DNA of 64,000 nucleotides from Blasia pusilla (lineage: Eukaryota): positions 43,896,001 through 43,960,000 of the forward strand of contig CM114271.1 in NCBI GenBank assembly GCA_050084515.1. The letters are read 5' to 3'. This document shows positions 39,154-51,671 of the stretch, in pieces. Position 1 is the stretch's first letter, and each line of letters opens with the position of its first letter. Under the pieces are notes generated by a model. It worked only from the letters and a program-made list of their open reading frames with translations. It had not been told where the DNA came from and ran no database searches. A program made the position numbers and the translations under genes.

Positions 39154-42100
39154 TCTCTTTGTTCACTGGGCTCCCAGGGTCCTCCCGTTCATGGCTAACT
39201 TGCGAGCAAAGATTATCAAGGAGGTAGTTTGGAGAGAGGGAAGGGGTTTATCCAAGAAGAGAGAGAGTTTGGGAGCTTATTTTCTCTTTGTCAAATCTTT
39301 TTTCATAATGCATAACTATGATCCTCCTTGCCTTGTGAGTAACCCAAACTTCTCATTAGGAGAATGGTTTTGGTCTGACATGAGAGAGAGATGCAGACTA
39401 TGTGAAAGATTGCTTCTTGCATGATTTATTGGAGATATTTTGGTACATGCTAGTCTCTCAGATGCCATGAGAGAATATGGTATCATTGTGTTTACAACAA
39501 TATATGTTCTATAGCGATGTGTATGCATACCAAAACTCAATCAATGCCTTGGTTATTTAAGGAGATTAGAGGATAATCACTTACATATACACACATGCGT
39601 GTGTTTGTTTATTTAATTTAGTTATCATGCTTTTATGGTTCGTTAATTTATCATAGATCTCCATTATTGAGGAAATAGCAAGGATCATGTATGCATGGAT
39701 CATGTCATGACTTCACGTGCTTTAAGGAGAATAAGCCCCACCTTTAACCAAAAGCCTAGGATGTTCTTGTCTTAGTTAGAGCTATCTAATTAATTTTGGG
39801 ATAGCACATGATATACTATGTTAGGTATGTTCTTAGTTACACGCTTAAAGGAAAATTTTGACGTATTTCCAATGAGATGTTTCTAGTAAAGAATCTTGGA
39901 GATTTCATATGAATACTGAAGTTATAGGACCTGCGCGAAGATCTTCATGATTGGGTCTCAAAGAGATCTCTCTCAATGGGACTCGCATACTATTTTTTCT
40001 TAAATGGTAGACATGCAACTTGATAGGTGCTAATCTTTATTGTAGAAGAGGGTAAGTTATGGCAAGGGCAAAAAACACATGATCATGCTGTGTAATAACT
40101 ATCCATGACCCTTGGCAGGTTTGAGACTACTCGATATTTTATCTTGACCATGACTATACAAGAGGCTACTCATGGAGATATGGTTTTGGTCTCACCCCTT
40201 CAAATCAGATGCGACCATCAATTGAGATTGCGTGATACCTTGTATAGGTTGTACACATCCCTAAAATCAATAATACATGACATGCAAGTGAGACTAGTAC
40301 AAGTGTTGTTGCATGCTTCATAGAGTAGTTCTTGGTTTTTCATCATTGACTAGTCCAGCTTGCCATTGTTGTAATTTTTTCTTAGAGGGAGTAACTCTCT
40401 ATTTCAAATTTCTCTTCTATTTTTTATTTTTCAGAAATAACTAGTCTTGTCTTGTAAGATTTGGAAGACATGCCCCTAAAATATCAAGCATTCTTTACAT
40501 GAAAAGGAGTATGGGCCAAGTATGTTGCTAGAAGATGCCAAAATTTCCATACAAGTTATATATTGATCACAAGTTTGATTGACAAGTTCAATGGGAGATG
40601 CTCATAATTTCTCACAAATGTAGTTGGATATACCTACTCTTATATATGATATATAAATTTGGAAATGAAAAGAATAATAACACGGAAAACATTCATTGAT
40701 TGATGTACATGAAATCATGTGAAGCTCAAAAAATGCTCTATGAGAACTACTACAACTAGATCTAGTTTTTTTGAATAAGCTCAAAACTTGATCCATGATA
40801 ACTACTATATTTGATATAAGTTTCCATCTTCTATAAGCATTGGATTTCCCAATGGATTCGCATGCTTAATCCGTCAAATTTTAAGAGAAGATAGTAGTAT
40901 TAAACACCACAATGCATAAAATTAATTTTTAGATTTCTTCATATCTAATGAGTAGCAAAATTGGCAAGAATTGTGCATGCATTCCACGTCACCACTCACA
41001 CATGCCTAGAAACTTTTGTACCTTTTTTCTTCATACAAGAAGGCATGAATTATGACATTAGAAACTCTAGAATAAGGAAATGATAATCTTCAAACGATGA
41101 CCCTCATATTGCAATTTTAAATCCACTTACATCATTGAAGGAAAAAATAACTAGAGCATCGGAGTTTTTCTTAGCTTTTTTCTCAAGGGCATCAAGCTAT
41201 TTTAACACTAAGATAACCTCATCCGAGGATTCCTCGTAATGGCTTAACTCAACTATGACTTGAGTCTTTCAATCCATCTTATCCTTCAAAATAGCTTGTG
41301 TTTGAGTTTCCCCCAACCGTAGTCTCTTCCACTGCTCTCTTGACCCGATGATTGTTCTCAATAATTTTCTTGGAAATGAGTGAATTTTGGTAAGAAAATA
41401 CCAAACTTGATCATGCTCTAGATTGTTGAGTGGTAGATGTCTTCTTCCTCAAAGCTTGTCATTAAAGAAGTGTTTGGCCTTGAGAAGGAAAAATGTATGT
41501 CTTTTGGTTAGACCTTTGATGCACACTCATGGGAGTCGATGATTCTTGTTGTGCAAGGTTAAATTCAAGAGTTGGGGAAGGGAAATCTTTCTCATCTCTT
41601 AGGAATTCCTCATCCTCATCCAACACCAATAGGCCTAGACAAGGTGTTTCCTACGCATCAGCTAGGTCGGAGGATTCTTCAAGAGATTAAGTGTCCAAAC
41701 TGAGCTAATGACTATCCAACTGTATAGAAGTTTGAACTTGAGATTCCCTATAGAGAGGATCCCCGAATGGTGAAGACATGACAGCCGGAGGTTGCACATT
41801 CAAGGGATCTTTGAATAGGATGTGCATTCAAAAAAATAAAGTACGGTGTTTTCCAATGCCAAACCTATTTCAACTTCTGTTGGTGTTAGTCTACCAATCA
41901 TACCTTGCATAATGAGGAATGCCCTCGTGTAGGCATCCATATACTTGTCAAATTTCTTGTGGGGGATTGGAACATATCGTTAAAGGAAATCCCATGGCAT
42001 GCATGTGAGTAACCATACTCTTGAATGCTAGTTGTCTTTGAATGCATCTTGCCTCTTACCTTTGTAGTCGTGCCACTATCGAGAAGCGAATAAAAATTCT

Positions 42101-43663
42101 TGTTCTTTCGAATACCCAAGCATCAACTCAAGTTCCATTCTAAACCCACCCTTATTCACATTTGAAGATAATTTGGAATTGGAACCACAGGGGAAAACCA
42201 TGTTACTAGAGTGACTCCTCGATATCCTCTCTTTTTCCTCCATGAGGTCACCATTTGAGATTTCCACAATATCTACAACTTCTATCTTGTCCTCCACTTT
42301 AGAGTCACTAGGAGTATCTTCCATGAAGAAATTGGGATGGCTCATAAGTATGCCACCAACATCCTCAACTTGAGTTATGCTCTATTTTTGAGTACGACAA
42401 TAACTGATAACATAGGATGGTTGCAATTGAATAAACACTCCAAACATACTACAAGTGGAAGATCTTGGGCATTTGAGACGAAAAAATCACCTTGGAGAAA
42501 TGCACTGTAGATTCAAATGTTTGTGCATAAGGTGAGTAAGACAAAATGGATTAGAGTCGGTTTATCGTGAATCAACACGCAACTAAGACTCCCCCTGCCA
42601 TAATAAAATATCTATATGATTATTGATGAGTGTCCTTTTGATTTTCAAATATTTAACATGTTGAGACATATGGCATTTTTTTATTAATCATGTCTTCACA
42701 CGTATCCTTGGTATAATTTAGGATAATTTTTGGGGTAAATCAAGTCAAGGTTCATTAAGTTAAGAGTTAAGAGTTTGGGATTCGTGAAATTTGGGATAAG
42801 TTAGCATAATGATGGATAATCCAAATTATTCGTCATTAGCGAAAGATATGAAAGTCACCTTGTAGGCATTTTATTGCATGTAAGGTCGGCTTGAACGAGC
42901 AAAAGATCGGAGCATGTAATAAAAAAATACTTTCATAACTAAATACCAAAGTGCCTTGTAGAACACCAAGAACCAAAAATATGCCAATGGAGCCGGCTAT
43001 GCCTTGCAGATGTAGTGGGTCAGGTCCGAATCTCCCCAAGTGCCTCCTTTTGTTGGTCTCCTCTTTCTTGCCTGCCCATGTCCAAGCTGCCCCATCTTGC
43101 AATAAATGCTTGCACGGTGACTCTTATGGCTTTCTATCATTAGTCCTTGTGCATTGCACATGTACTCATAATATGGGTACGCACTATACATCTTATGATG
43201 TGGAGGCTATAGAGCAATCGCTCATGATATTTTCTCCCACTAAGTCGGTACTTGGCAAAGCTCTCACCTCCTATGCTCTTGGTATTCTTGGGTAGGGTAT
43301 GATGATTGTAGGGTGCATGCCAAGATACCTACAAGTATTTTCAAAATGAAAACGATTCAAAAGGATTTGTAGTCTCCTCACAATGCATATCATGATGTGG
43401 AGGCTTTCTCCTAAAGGCTAACGTTGTTTATGGCTAAGTGGATACTCGAAAAAGCTCTCACCTCCCTCCTATCTATGCTCTTGTATCCTCGGTTGCTGTG
43501 AGGTGCATGCCCTAAGGGTCCTATCGGGGCCATACATAAGAGGGTGTCAAAGATCACCCAAGATAGAATTGTGCGGGTGAAGGTGTCTTGATTTGCTTCC
43601 GAAATAAGGGGAGGCAAAAAATTTACAACGAGAGGCATTGAAGGATGTGAAAATACTTCCCAA

Positions 43664-44022
43664 CTAGTGAGGTGCTCGCACGATGCACGGGAAAAAAAGA
43701 GAGTGTTTGAGGAGTTTTTTCTAGTGCCTGTGAAGATAATAATAGTGCCATACACAAATTCAATTTTTTTTCTTGCTGCCCAAATGCCACTGCAAACATA
43801 GAGGTATTTGCACATCAAGAAGACACTCTCCAATAAGAACTAGATGGTGCCCGTGCAATGCACAGGTGAAACAGTTCCCCGTCCCCTTAACTATTCTTGC
43901 TAACTCTTACCTCTTTTTATTAGTTTTGTTAAATCGGACATGTGTCGTAAGAGGAAGAGACTGAAATACATACGTGTCATATGGAGAGAAAGGGGTTTTG
44001 AAACCCCTTTTAATAATATAGA
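43664..44022 (-). mobile_element. Short non-autonomous Helitron (43840-44022) plus a second 3' terminus at 43664
   Basis: Minus strand: A|TCTATATTATTAAAAG at 44022 ... ctgtgcattgcacgggcaccat CTAG|T at 43840. A second cccgtgcatcgtgcgagcacctca CTAG|T ends at 43664. A^T insertion site, no TSD. Confidence 0.75.
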
Positions 44023-44519
44023 TTACACACCCACACATTTATAGCATAAATGAGGGTGAGGGGAAAATAGAGAAGGGGGGAGTTTAGAGCCTCCTGAAGA
44101 ACTACCCATTTCTCGACTGTAGGACAATTCCGGGTACCCTAAGGACCCATGGGTAGGGGTCCAGGTCTATAAGGCCCCAGGTCGCTCCTCCAAGCTACTT
44201 ATGTTTGAGCCCGGATTTTCAGACTTCGCCTACTTCCGCCGGGACGCGATGCCCATGAGATGGGCCCCGAAGAAGGAAGCGGGCATGACGTGGCGTTGCG
44301 AGTCTGACGAGGCAAACTTGACGACCGGGAAACCTACGACACCGGGCGGAACGTGGCCGCGACGCGAAAGGGTAAACTCACAAGCACACAACTCAACCCA
44401 TGAGACGAAGGTACAGCAGGCGATGACAGACGAACTCCTTTCTTGGATCCGCTGCACGGACGAACGAATGAGGTGTCGCAGTCCCGCGTCTCCGCGAATG
44501 TTCGGTGTGCGCTTCCATC

Positions 44520-44900
44520 TGGTGCTTCCGGATGTGAGTTGCTTGCTCAATTCCAAATGTCGCGATTGCTTTTTGAGGAGTGGGTGCATTGTTTGTCAGT
44601 GACTATCCGAAGGTGGGGGATGAGGTCTGGCTTTTACTGTGATGCTTTTGAAGGTCATGATGGACGAGTGGCCGCTATTTTGAGATCGGGGCTTTGAAAG
44701 GGTGAGTTCAGAAAGCGCGAGCTCTGTCATGCCAACTCGAGTCCGGAACCTACATTTCAAGTAGTGCATGGGGATGGGCTCGGCGATTTAATTGTCGAGG
44801 AGGTTTGTGATTTCTAATGCTGGAAACGGAAATGGGGAGCTTGCAGGAAATTGCAGAGGGTGTGGCCGTTCTTTGAACCACGCGATCACGCAAAAGGTAC
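44520..44900 (+). repeat. Diverged duplicate of the IBA57 5' region (~46340-46740)
   Basis: Colinear matches: gaggagtgg/gagcagtgg, actgtgatgcttttgaaggtcatg/attgtgacacgtttgaaggttacg, ctacatttcaagtagtgca/ctacatttgaggagtgca, tgtgatttc...gcag, gtggccgttc/atggcagttc. Confidence 0.6.
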
Positions 44901-46723
44901 AATTTTGCTACTGCAGTTGCCCAAGTTGCGAACAGAGGAAATAGCGTACTAGTTCGTCAAAATTGGGATGGGAACCCGCGTCTCACAAGAGGCGTCAACT
45001 TCAATGAGGGCGTTCGACACCGCTCGGCCTTCATCACTTGTTAACTTTTTAGGAGTAAAAAAATTGCTCTAGTTTTACGCGAGAGTCCTACTACTCCGAG
45101 TTACATAATCAAATTGACGGCCGAATGAGCTGCTCAAAGGTTGGTTTCTTCTGGCCCTTCGTTCCGTGCGGTGCCTCTGACGGGTGAACGTACAATCCGG
45201 CAATTGACTCTACGGAATGAAATAAATTTTAATTGAACCTCGACAGTCATTTCGGAGGCTGCCTTCGACTTCACCTCGTAAGTTCATTCCACAGCCCATG
45301 GACGGCGGTGGTTAAGTTCTGCAGGTGCTCCCATAGCAGATCATTTCGATGCCAGACGCCGATTTCTTATTCCGTTGTGTTTCTCAACATTCACTTAAAG
45401 TGAGCCCAGCGATACACACTCGTCTGTCGCAACTGCAACTTGCGAGAAAGCCACATGTCTGAAATTGTATCGTTCCCCATTCGCATGCAGAGGTGCAATT
45501 CGCTTAGGTTTATTTGACGCGTTCGGTTGTCGACGCAAAACTTCCATTTGGGGTGCGTGTGGGGGCACGGACTTGCTCCAATTGACCATACTGCCATCTT
45601 GTCTGTTTGTATCCTTTCGTCGTGGAGGGCCAGGGTCTCATTGGAGATACAGAATTCAGTGCGTCGGTCAATCCAGCCCTTCGCGGCCTAGCTTTATTGG
45701 AGCTCAATAGCAACGCATGGCCATTGACTATGCCTGTGACACATATTCATAAAGAATTCCGCTCTCAGCTACGGGATTTTCGACCGAGCATCGATAACCG
45801 GTGAACTACACTTAAATTAATGGCCAGTTACGGTCCTTATGTTTTAGCCCAATTCAATTGAAATTCCGATCATTAGTCTTGTTTATCGGGCTGTCTGTAA
45901 CCATAAAAACACACGTAAGAACCAAGTAGTCTACACGAATGATGAAGCTACGAACTATCAGGGCCATGAATCACTGAAGCTTAGCGTCATAGCTTTTGGT
46001 GCGTCGTTTCTTTACGTTTGAAGTAGTGTACAAGAAGCCGTGAAAGTGATCGGAAGTGATGGAAATCTTCTGCTATTTCAGGCCCATCTCAGCAAACGCA
46101 GGTCGGGGAAATTTGAGGGTTGATCTGTCCCAGCTACTATCTTCTTAGGATATTGCCTGTCGGGATGGATTTTGCATATCTGATACCCTCCCGTGTCGTA
46201 CAGCAACCATCTATTTGGAACAAGCGGATTGATAAGCCGGATCTGAAATTGTCGCATGATCTCGATCACTGGATGCAGGACATTCTGATATCGGACGCAA
46301 ATTAGGTTGTCAGAGAGATAGTTAGATTTTTTACTGCCTTCTGTTAAATTTAGTTTTCCTGTGCAATCTCAGTTTTCGCAGTTATCTTAGAGCAGTGGAC
46401 ACTTTTGTGGGCGATTGGTGAGGGTGGGTCCGATGGTTCTAGGTTGCATTGTGACACGTTTGAAGGTTACGTCGACAAGGGGCAAGTGTATGGATCCCAC
46501 AAGAGTGGACAAGTAGGAGCTTTGTGGGGAAAGAAATTCACAACACACGGGTGCAGGCACGGCAACCTGAATGCCGAACTCGTTCTACATTTGAGGAGTG
46601 CAAAACGTTGAGGGTTGTGATTCATGAGATAGAAGATGGAGGCAAGAAGAATGTGATTTCGAAATTCTGAAAATCGGGAAGGCGGATACGCAGGGAGTTT
46701 TGCGTGGATGATCCATTTGCAGC

Positions 46724-49700
46724 ATGGCAGTTCATAGAGTCGCCTCGGGCGTGCAGCTGATTTGGAACCGTTCGTCCGCAAGGGTTCGTTGTCGTGCCAG
46801 TTCCTCTGTTGAATCGTTCTATGGAGCTCCGGCGCTATGGAGTAAAAAATCTGCATCTCTCCATACACAAGAAGTAGGAGGCACGAATGAACATGCGGAG
46901 GCCTCCTCAAACGGAGTAGCGTCTCCAACTCCTCACGGGCCGTACAATTCACAGGTGCGGAATTACTGTGGTTATGCGGCTCTGTCAAGAAGGAACTGAT
47001 CCGTATGTTGCTCTCTGCGAGAATGTGCAAGCCATAGTAACGGGGCTTTGGTCGTTTCTTGTAATACCTTAGGTCGAAGTGAATGTGATTCCTTACACAC
47101 CTAAAGTTGTGTATCTGCCGTATAGTTTTCAGCTCTGGGTATGGATTTAGGCAATTGTTGCATTTTCTGCAGCCTCCGTGGTTGATAGAACGCGTCCCGC
47201 CAGGTACGTTATCACCCAGGGCTCGGAGGTTCAAAATCTTGTTCAGAATGGCAGAAAACTACCCGGGCCTTGATAATCGAGGGCTTAACAATTGCTACGG
47301 GTTCTTACACAGACCTCCTATGCAGCAGACATTGTTTGACGTTTGATGAGAGGTTTGGTGCTTGAAATCAGATAAGGAGCCGTGGTGTTCTACTTTTGGA
47401 AGGTCCAGATGTCTTAAAGTTCTTGCAGGGCTTGGTCACCAACGATATCAAAAGACTAGAGAGGCCAGCCCCTGCAAACTTAGCAGCAGAGTCGTCTCCA
47501 AGGTTCCCTGGGACCAGAACGGGTCCTTTGTACACAGCATTTCTCAATCCACAGGGAAGATTTCTGTACGATCTGTTTCTTTATCGACCGACACACTCAA
47601 TTGAGCTGCTTGATCGGGCAGGATTTAGCCCTGGAGAAGGAGGTGATGGGGTGCCACTTCTTCTGGCGGATGTGGACTTGGCTGTCCTAGAAGAGCTGGT
47701 TTCTCACCTTAAAAAGTGAGTTTTATGACTCTTTCATTCATTCCCATTTTCCTTGATATCAATTCTCTGATAATAAGAGGTTGGATCTAGTCGACGGATG
47801 ATGCGTGTCTAATTGGATTCAGAGAAGAGGGTTGAAAAGGTATTTCATCTTGAGCTCATTATTAAGGATCTCATTTTGCAGAAGGAAAAGTTGAAAAATT
47901 GCCAGTTTGAAGCGGGACTTGCCGAATTTAGTTTTTAGTTGGAAAATGTATAAGATTCGATGTGCATACTGGAGCCTGTTTGTTTGAGATGAAGTGAAGA
48001 AGCGTCTCTGTGTGGTCTTTGCCCTGTTTGCACGTTACAGCTATGTTTGAGGCCTAAAACTTTTTTTCCTGTTACGTACCACAACTAAAAATATCCAGAT
48101 AGTATATCTCCATGAGAAGGGTAAAGTGGGTGTTAGACAGTTAAAGAGGCAGTAAAATTTTCTGCACGCAGTTCTGGTTTAGGATCTGCATGAGATTGGC
48201 TGTAAGGGTTAGTGATAACTGAATTTCGCATAGAATTACACTTCTTCTTCTTCAGGGCACTACTCTATGACCTGAGACACCTAGGACCATCCCGAAAACA
48301 TACTAGGCATACCAGCATCAAGCTGAAATCTTGATGTTCTGTCAGGTTGAAATAGACAAAGTCTTAATTTTTGTGTGCCTTCCACATGAAGCTGAGTAAA
48401 TTCTTGAAATGGTTCTTATTTGACCCAACTATAGGGGGCAATTTGCTGAATAGTTGTTCAGGAACAACCTTCGCATGAAAGTGTGACGTTTCTCCTTCCC
48501 AAATCTATTGCACTCATTGTAGTAACATCTATGCTGATGGAGACAGGCATCGGTTGCGAGCGAAAGTTAAAGTTGAGGATGTTTCGAATGACCTCAAAGT
48601 TTGGCAGAGATTTGGTGGTCCTTCTACGAATGAATATGAGGGGGCCACTGGGGCAGAGACAGAATGTATGGCTTGGGGTGGGGATATGAACAAATCAACA
48701 CAACAAAGAGCTGAGGATAGTCGACTTGATTGGGGATGGTACAAGGATCCACGACTGGGAGAACTTGGTCTGAGGGGCATTTTCCCTGTCAATAGCTTCC
48801 GTATGTATATCATCTACCTGGCAATTTTTCTGAGCTTTTACCAAGAGAATAGAGGTTCTGGTTTGTCCGTACATTTTCCTCTGCTTTTCACTGGTGTAGT
48901 GTTTTAAAATCAAGTGATGGTTGTCAGACCTTGATAGCTTTGCATTTTTCATCTGGGAATCACAACTCCTGTGTTGCATGAGTTGTTGCCATCACCTTGG
49001 AAATAGGCCTCTGTTTCAGAGGTGATGGTAGGATATCAGTGCAAAACTCATAACGGATCTCGTGTTTTGAGATATTCTCCTCCTTAACAACCCTTTGTTT
49101 GATGATCATTGGAGTTCAGAGATTTTCTGGCTGGAAGTTTTGCTTGGAATTCTTCATGCTAATGTCCATAAATACCTGAGCTGGTGCACATACATTTAGT
49201 TGTGCATACTTGGCCTGTGATAAGTTGGGCCAATTTACGGGAAAGTTTTGTTGTGAAGGATGGAATGTCTCTAGAGCTGTGAGGATCTTTCCCATCATAG
49301 TGTAGAAGGTCCACGTTTGAACGTGCTTATGTTTCAGTGTGTGAAGCCCAGGTCACATAGTTGCCAGATACAAGCGGTGGAGCACACCTCTTGGAAAACC
49401 TGAGGAATGCTGAACTTCATGTGGTTTGAATAGATGGTCCAGCACAATTGATGAAAAGGGTTAAGAAATGGTAGAAATTTCTTTGATACTGCCGTCCTTC
49501 AAGAAAGGTGTGAAGTGTAAGCACTGGTTGTCCATCAGCAAAGTCCATGACTCAAATTACTGAAGTCAAAAGTTCCTAAGACTTGAGATTTTTTTATCGG
49601 CATTCTATGTAGGGTGAAGTGGCTATTGGTCATGCCCTTTTTGGCTTTCTTTTCATTGTAGACGTTGAATTTGCTCTGTGGGCTAGAATGGAGAGCGATG

Positions 49701-51671
49701 GTAGTCTGTAGGTGGGCCAAGACTCTGTACTAGTAGAGTATATCTCTCGTAGACTCTCTCGAGGCAAGATACTGAAGCAGCTCTCCTCAATTTCTTATTT
49801 GGGAGGAGCAGGGTTTCCTTGTTTACTCCTCTCCATGTCAAATGAGTTATTCTGTTCTGGAGTTGGGGACGGAGGTGCCCAAGTGCTTCAAAGTATGACT
49901 GTCTGAATGCCATGGCTGATGGAAATGTATGTCTTGTGTATCAGAGGATTTGATCTAACTAATGCTTTTGTGTGATTGGCTTTTTCAACAGTAGATTTAT
50001 ATAGTTTTACAAAGTCACCCTAAAGTAGGAACAAGGATACTGGCATCCTATCTTTCCATTATGGTTCCTGGTTTCTTCTAGTTTTCACTCATATTTTCTC
50101 TCAGTTCCTTGAAAACCTCATCTCGAATATGCCGTACTTGCTCATCATTAATTCTGTTACATTTGTCTAAGAGAGCTTCATTTGGTACCAGCACCTTTGG
50201 TCACTGCAGATCAAGAAGTTGGTGAAGACCACTACTTAGCATGGAGACTTGAGCAAGGAGTTGCTGAAGGATCAACCGAGATACCGAAAGGTAATCACAA
50301 CTCTACATTGCTTATAATCAAGCATCAGGATTCCTTGACAGTTTCAAAATTGTCCGATTGCTAGTGGTGTTTACTTTGTCTACCATGATCAGAAGAATCT
50401 ATTGCTGGACAGGAGAGGCAATACCACTGGAGTACAATCTAGCAGGACTGAATGCTATCAGTTTTGAGAAAGGATGCTACGTAGGTCAGGAACTTGTGGC
50501 AAGAACACATCATCGAGGGGTCATTCGCAAGCGAGTTATGCCTGTCAACTTTGTTGATGAAGATGGAACAAGTGAGTCTCTTCAGATACCTGCTTCAAGA
50601 ATCTACCACCTAATCTTTAGTCTGAGTGAAACAACGAAAGAGGTCAAAACATGTACAGTATTCCCTGACCACGTAAGCATTGCCTTAAATCTTTAGGTCA
50701 TGTTAATCCAGAAAACATGTGTAAACCTAGTAGATCAGAAGTTTTTTGCTTTGTGGAAGTTAGTGAGCTTCTACTCCTAATATTCTTTTCAAAACCTGCA
50801 CTCTTTCACCTCTCAAGGATGATTATACTAACACAACCTCATTGGAACCTGACATTTATGAGCTCACCAGCATCTATACCGTCCAAAGTGTTCCCCCTCC
50901 ACACACAGGTGGAGCCATGACTGACCAAAAACTTCACAATCTGAGTGTGGACACTTCACAATCAGACTACCTGGAACATCGACTGTTCAAAATGGTCATC
51001 AAAGTAAAAGTCAGATGTGTAGCTACTCCAGAGCCTTTGTATTCTAGTTTCTAGCCTTTTACAAGTTTGTGGAAGACTTGAAGACAGCTGAAAATCAACA
51101 GGTGCTAGGTACAGCAAATCAGCTATATTGAAGGAGAACCTAGATTCCTTGTGCAGATCCGCCTGCCTTTGTCTTCAGATAGTTTGTGTAAATATTTGGG
51201 ATTGGTTGGGTGTTGTGAACTCCTAGATGGATTTGTCAGGTTCCCACAGTTCCAAGATTGTTTCAAACCTGTCACAGGATGAAAATGAAAGCAATGACTA
51301 CACATCTTCTTGTTAGCCTGTCCGACAAGCAGCTCCCTATGATAATTTAATTTTGTATGTCCATTCATGTCTGCTATTATTGTTATATTTGGAGATGTAA
51401 CGATTTGGGAGGGTTTGCAGAAGCTCAACAAGAGGTAATTCCAGGGGTTGAGATTTTGGACGTGAAAGCCAATAAAAAGGTGGGGAAAGTTACGGCAGTT
51501 CTTGGTCCTCGTGGTTTGGCACTCTTAAGACTGGATGCAGTGAGTCGAGAAGCAAGTCAATTGAAGCTTGCTGTTTCAGACACAAATGTGTATTTGAAAG
51601 CTAGCCGTCCGAAATGGTGGTCAGGTGATTGGGGAAGAGACGAGCAGCAGCAAACGGTTGCAAATGCATAG
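46724..51671 (+). CDS. IBA57: IBA57/CAF17 (YgfZ/COG0354) Fe-S cluster assembly factor, putative mitochondrial; 6 coding exons
   Basis: Exons 46724-46954, 47372-47715, 48547-48800, 50192-50290, 50413-50571, 51421-51671 join in frame. Motifs [52 protein letters not shown], signature [25 protein letters not shown]-terminus resembles an organellar presequence. Confidence 0.92.

Noticed and set aside
39840..42520. Very old retroelement-like residue (Copia-like KNLG word on plus; LLDSG on minus)
   Set aside because: Motifs are too short and decayed to assign class or boundaries by eye.
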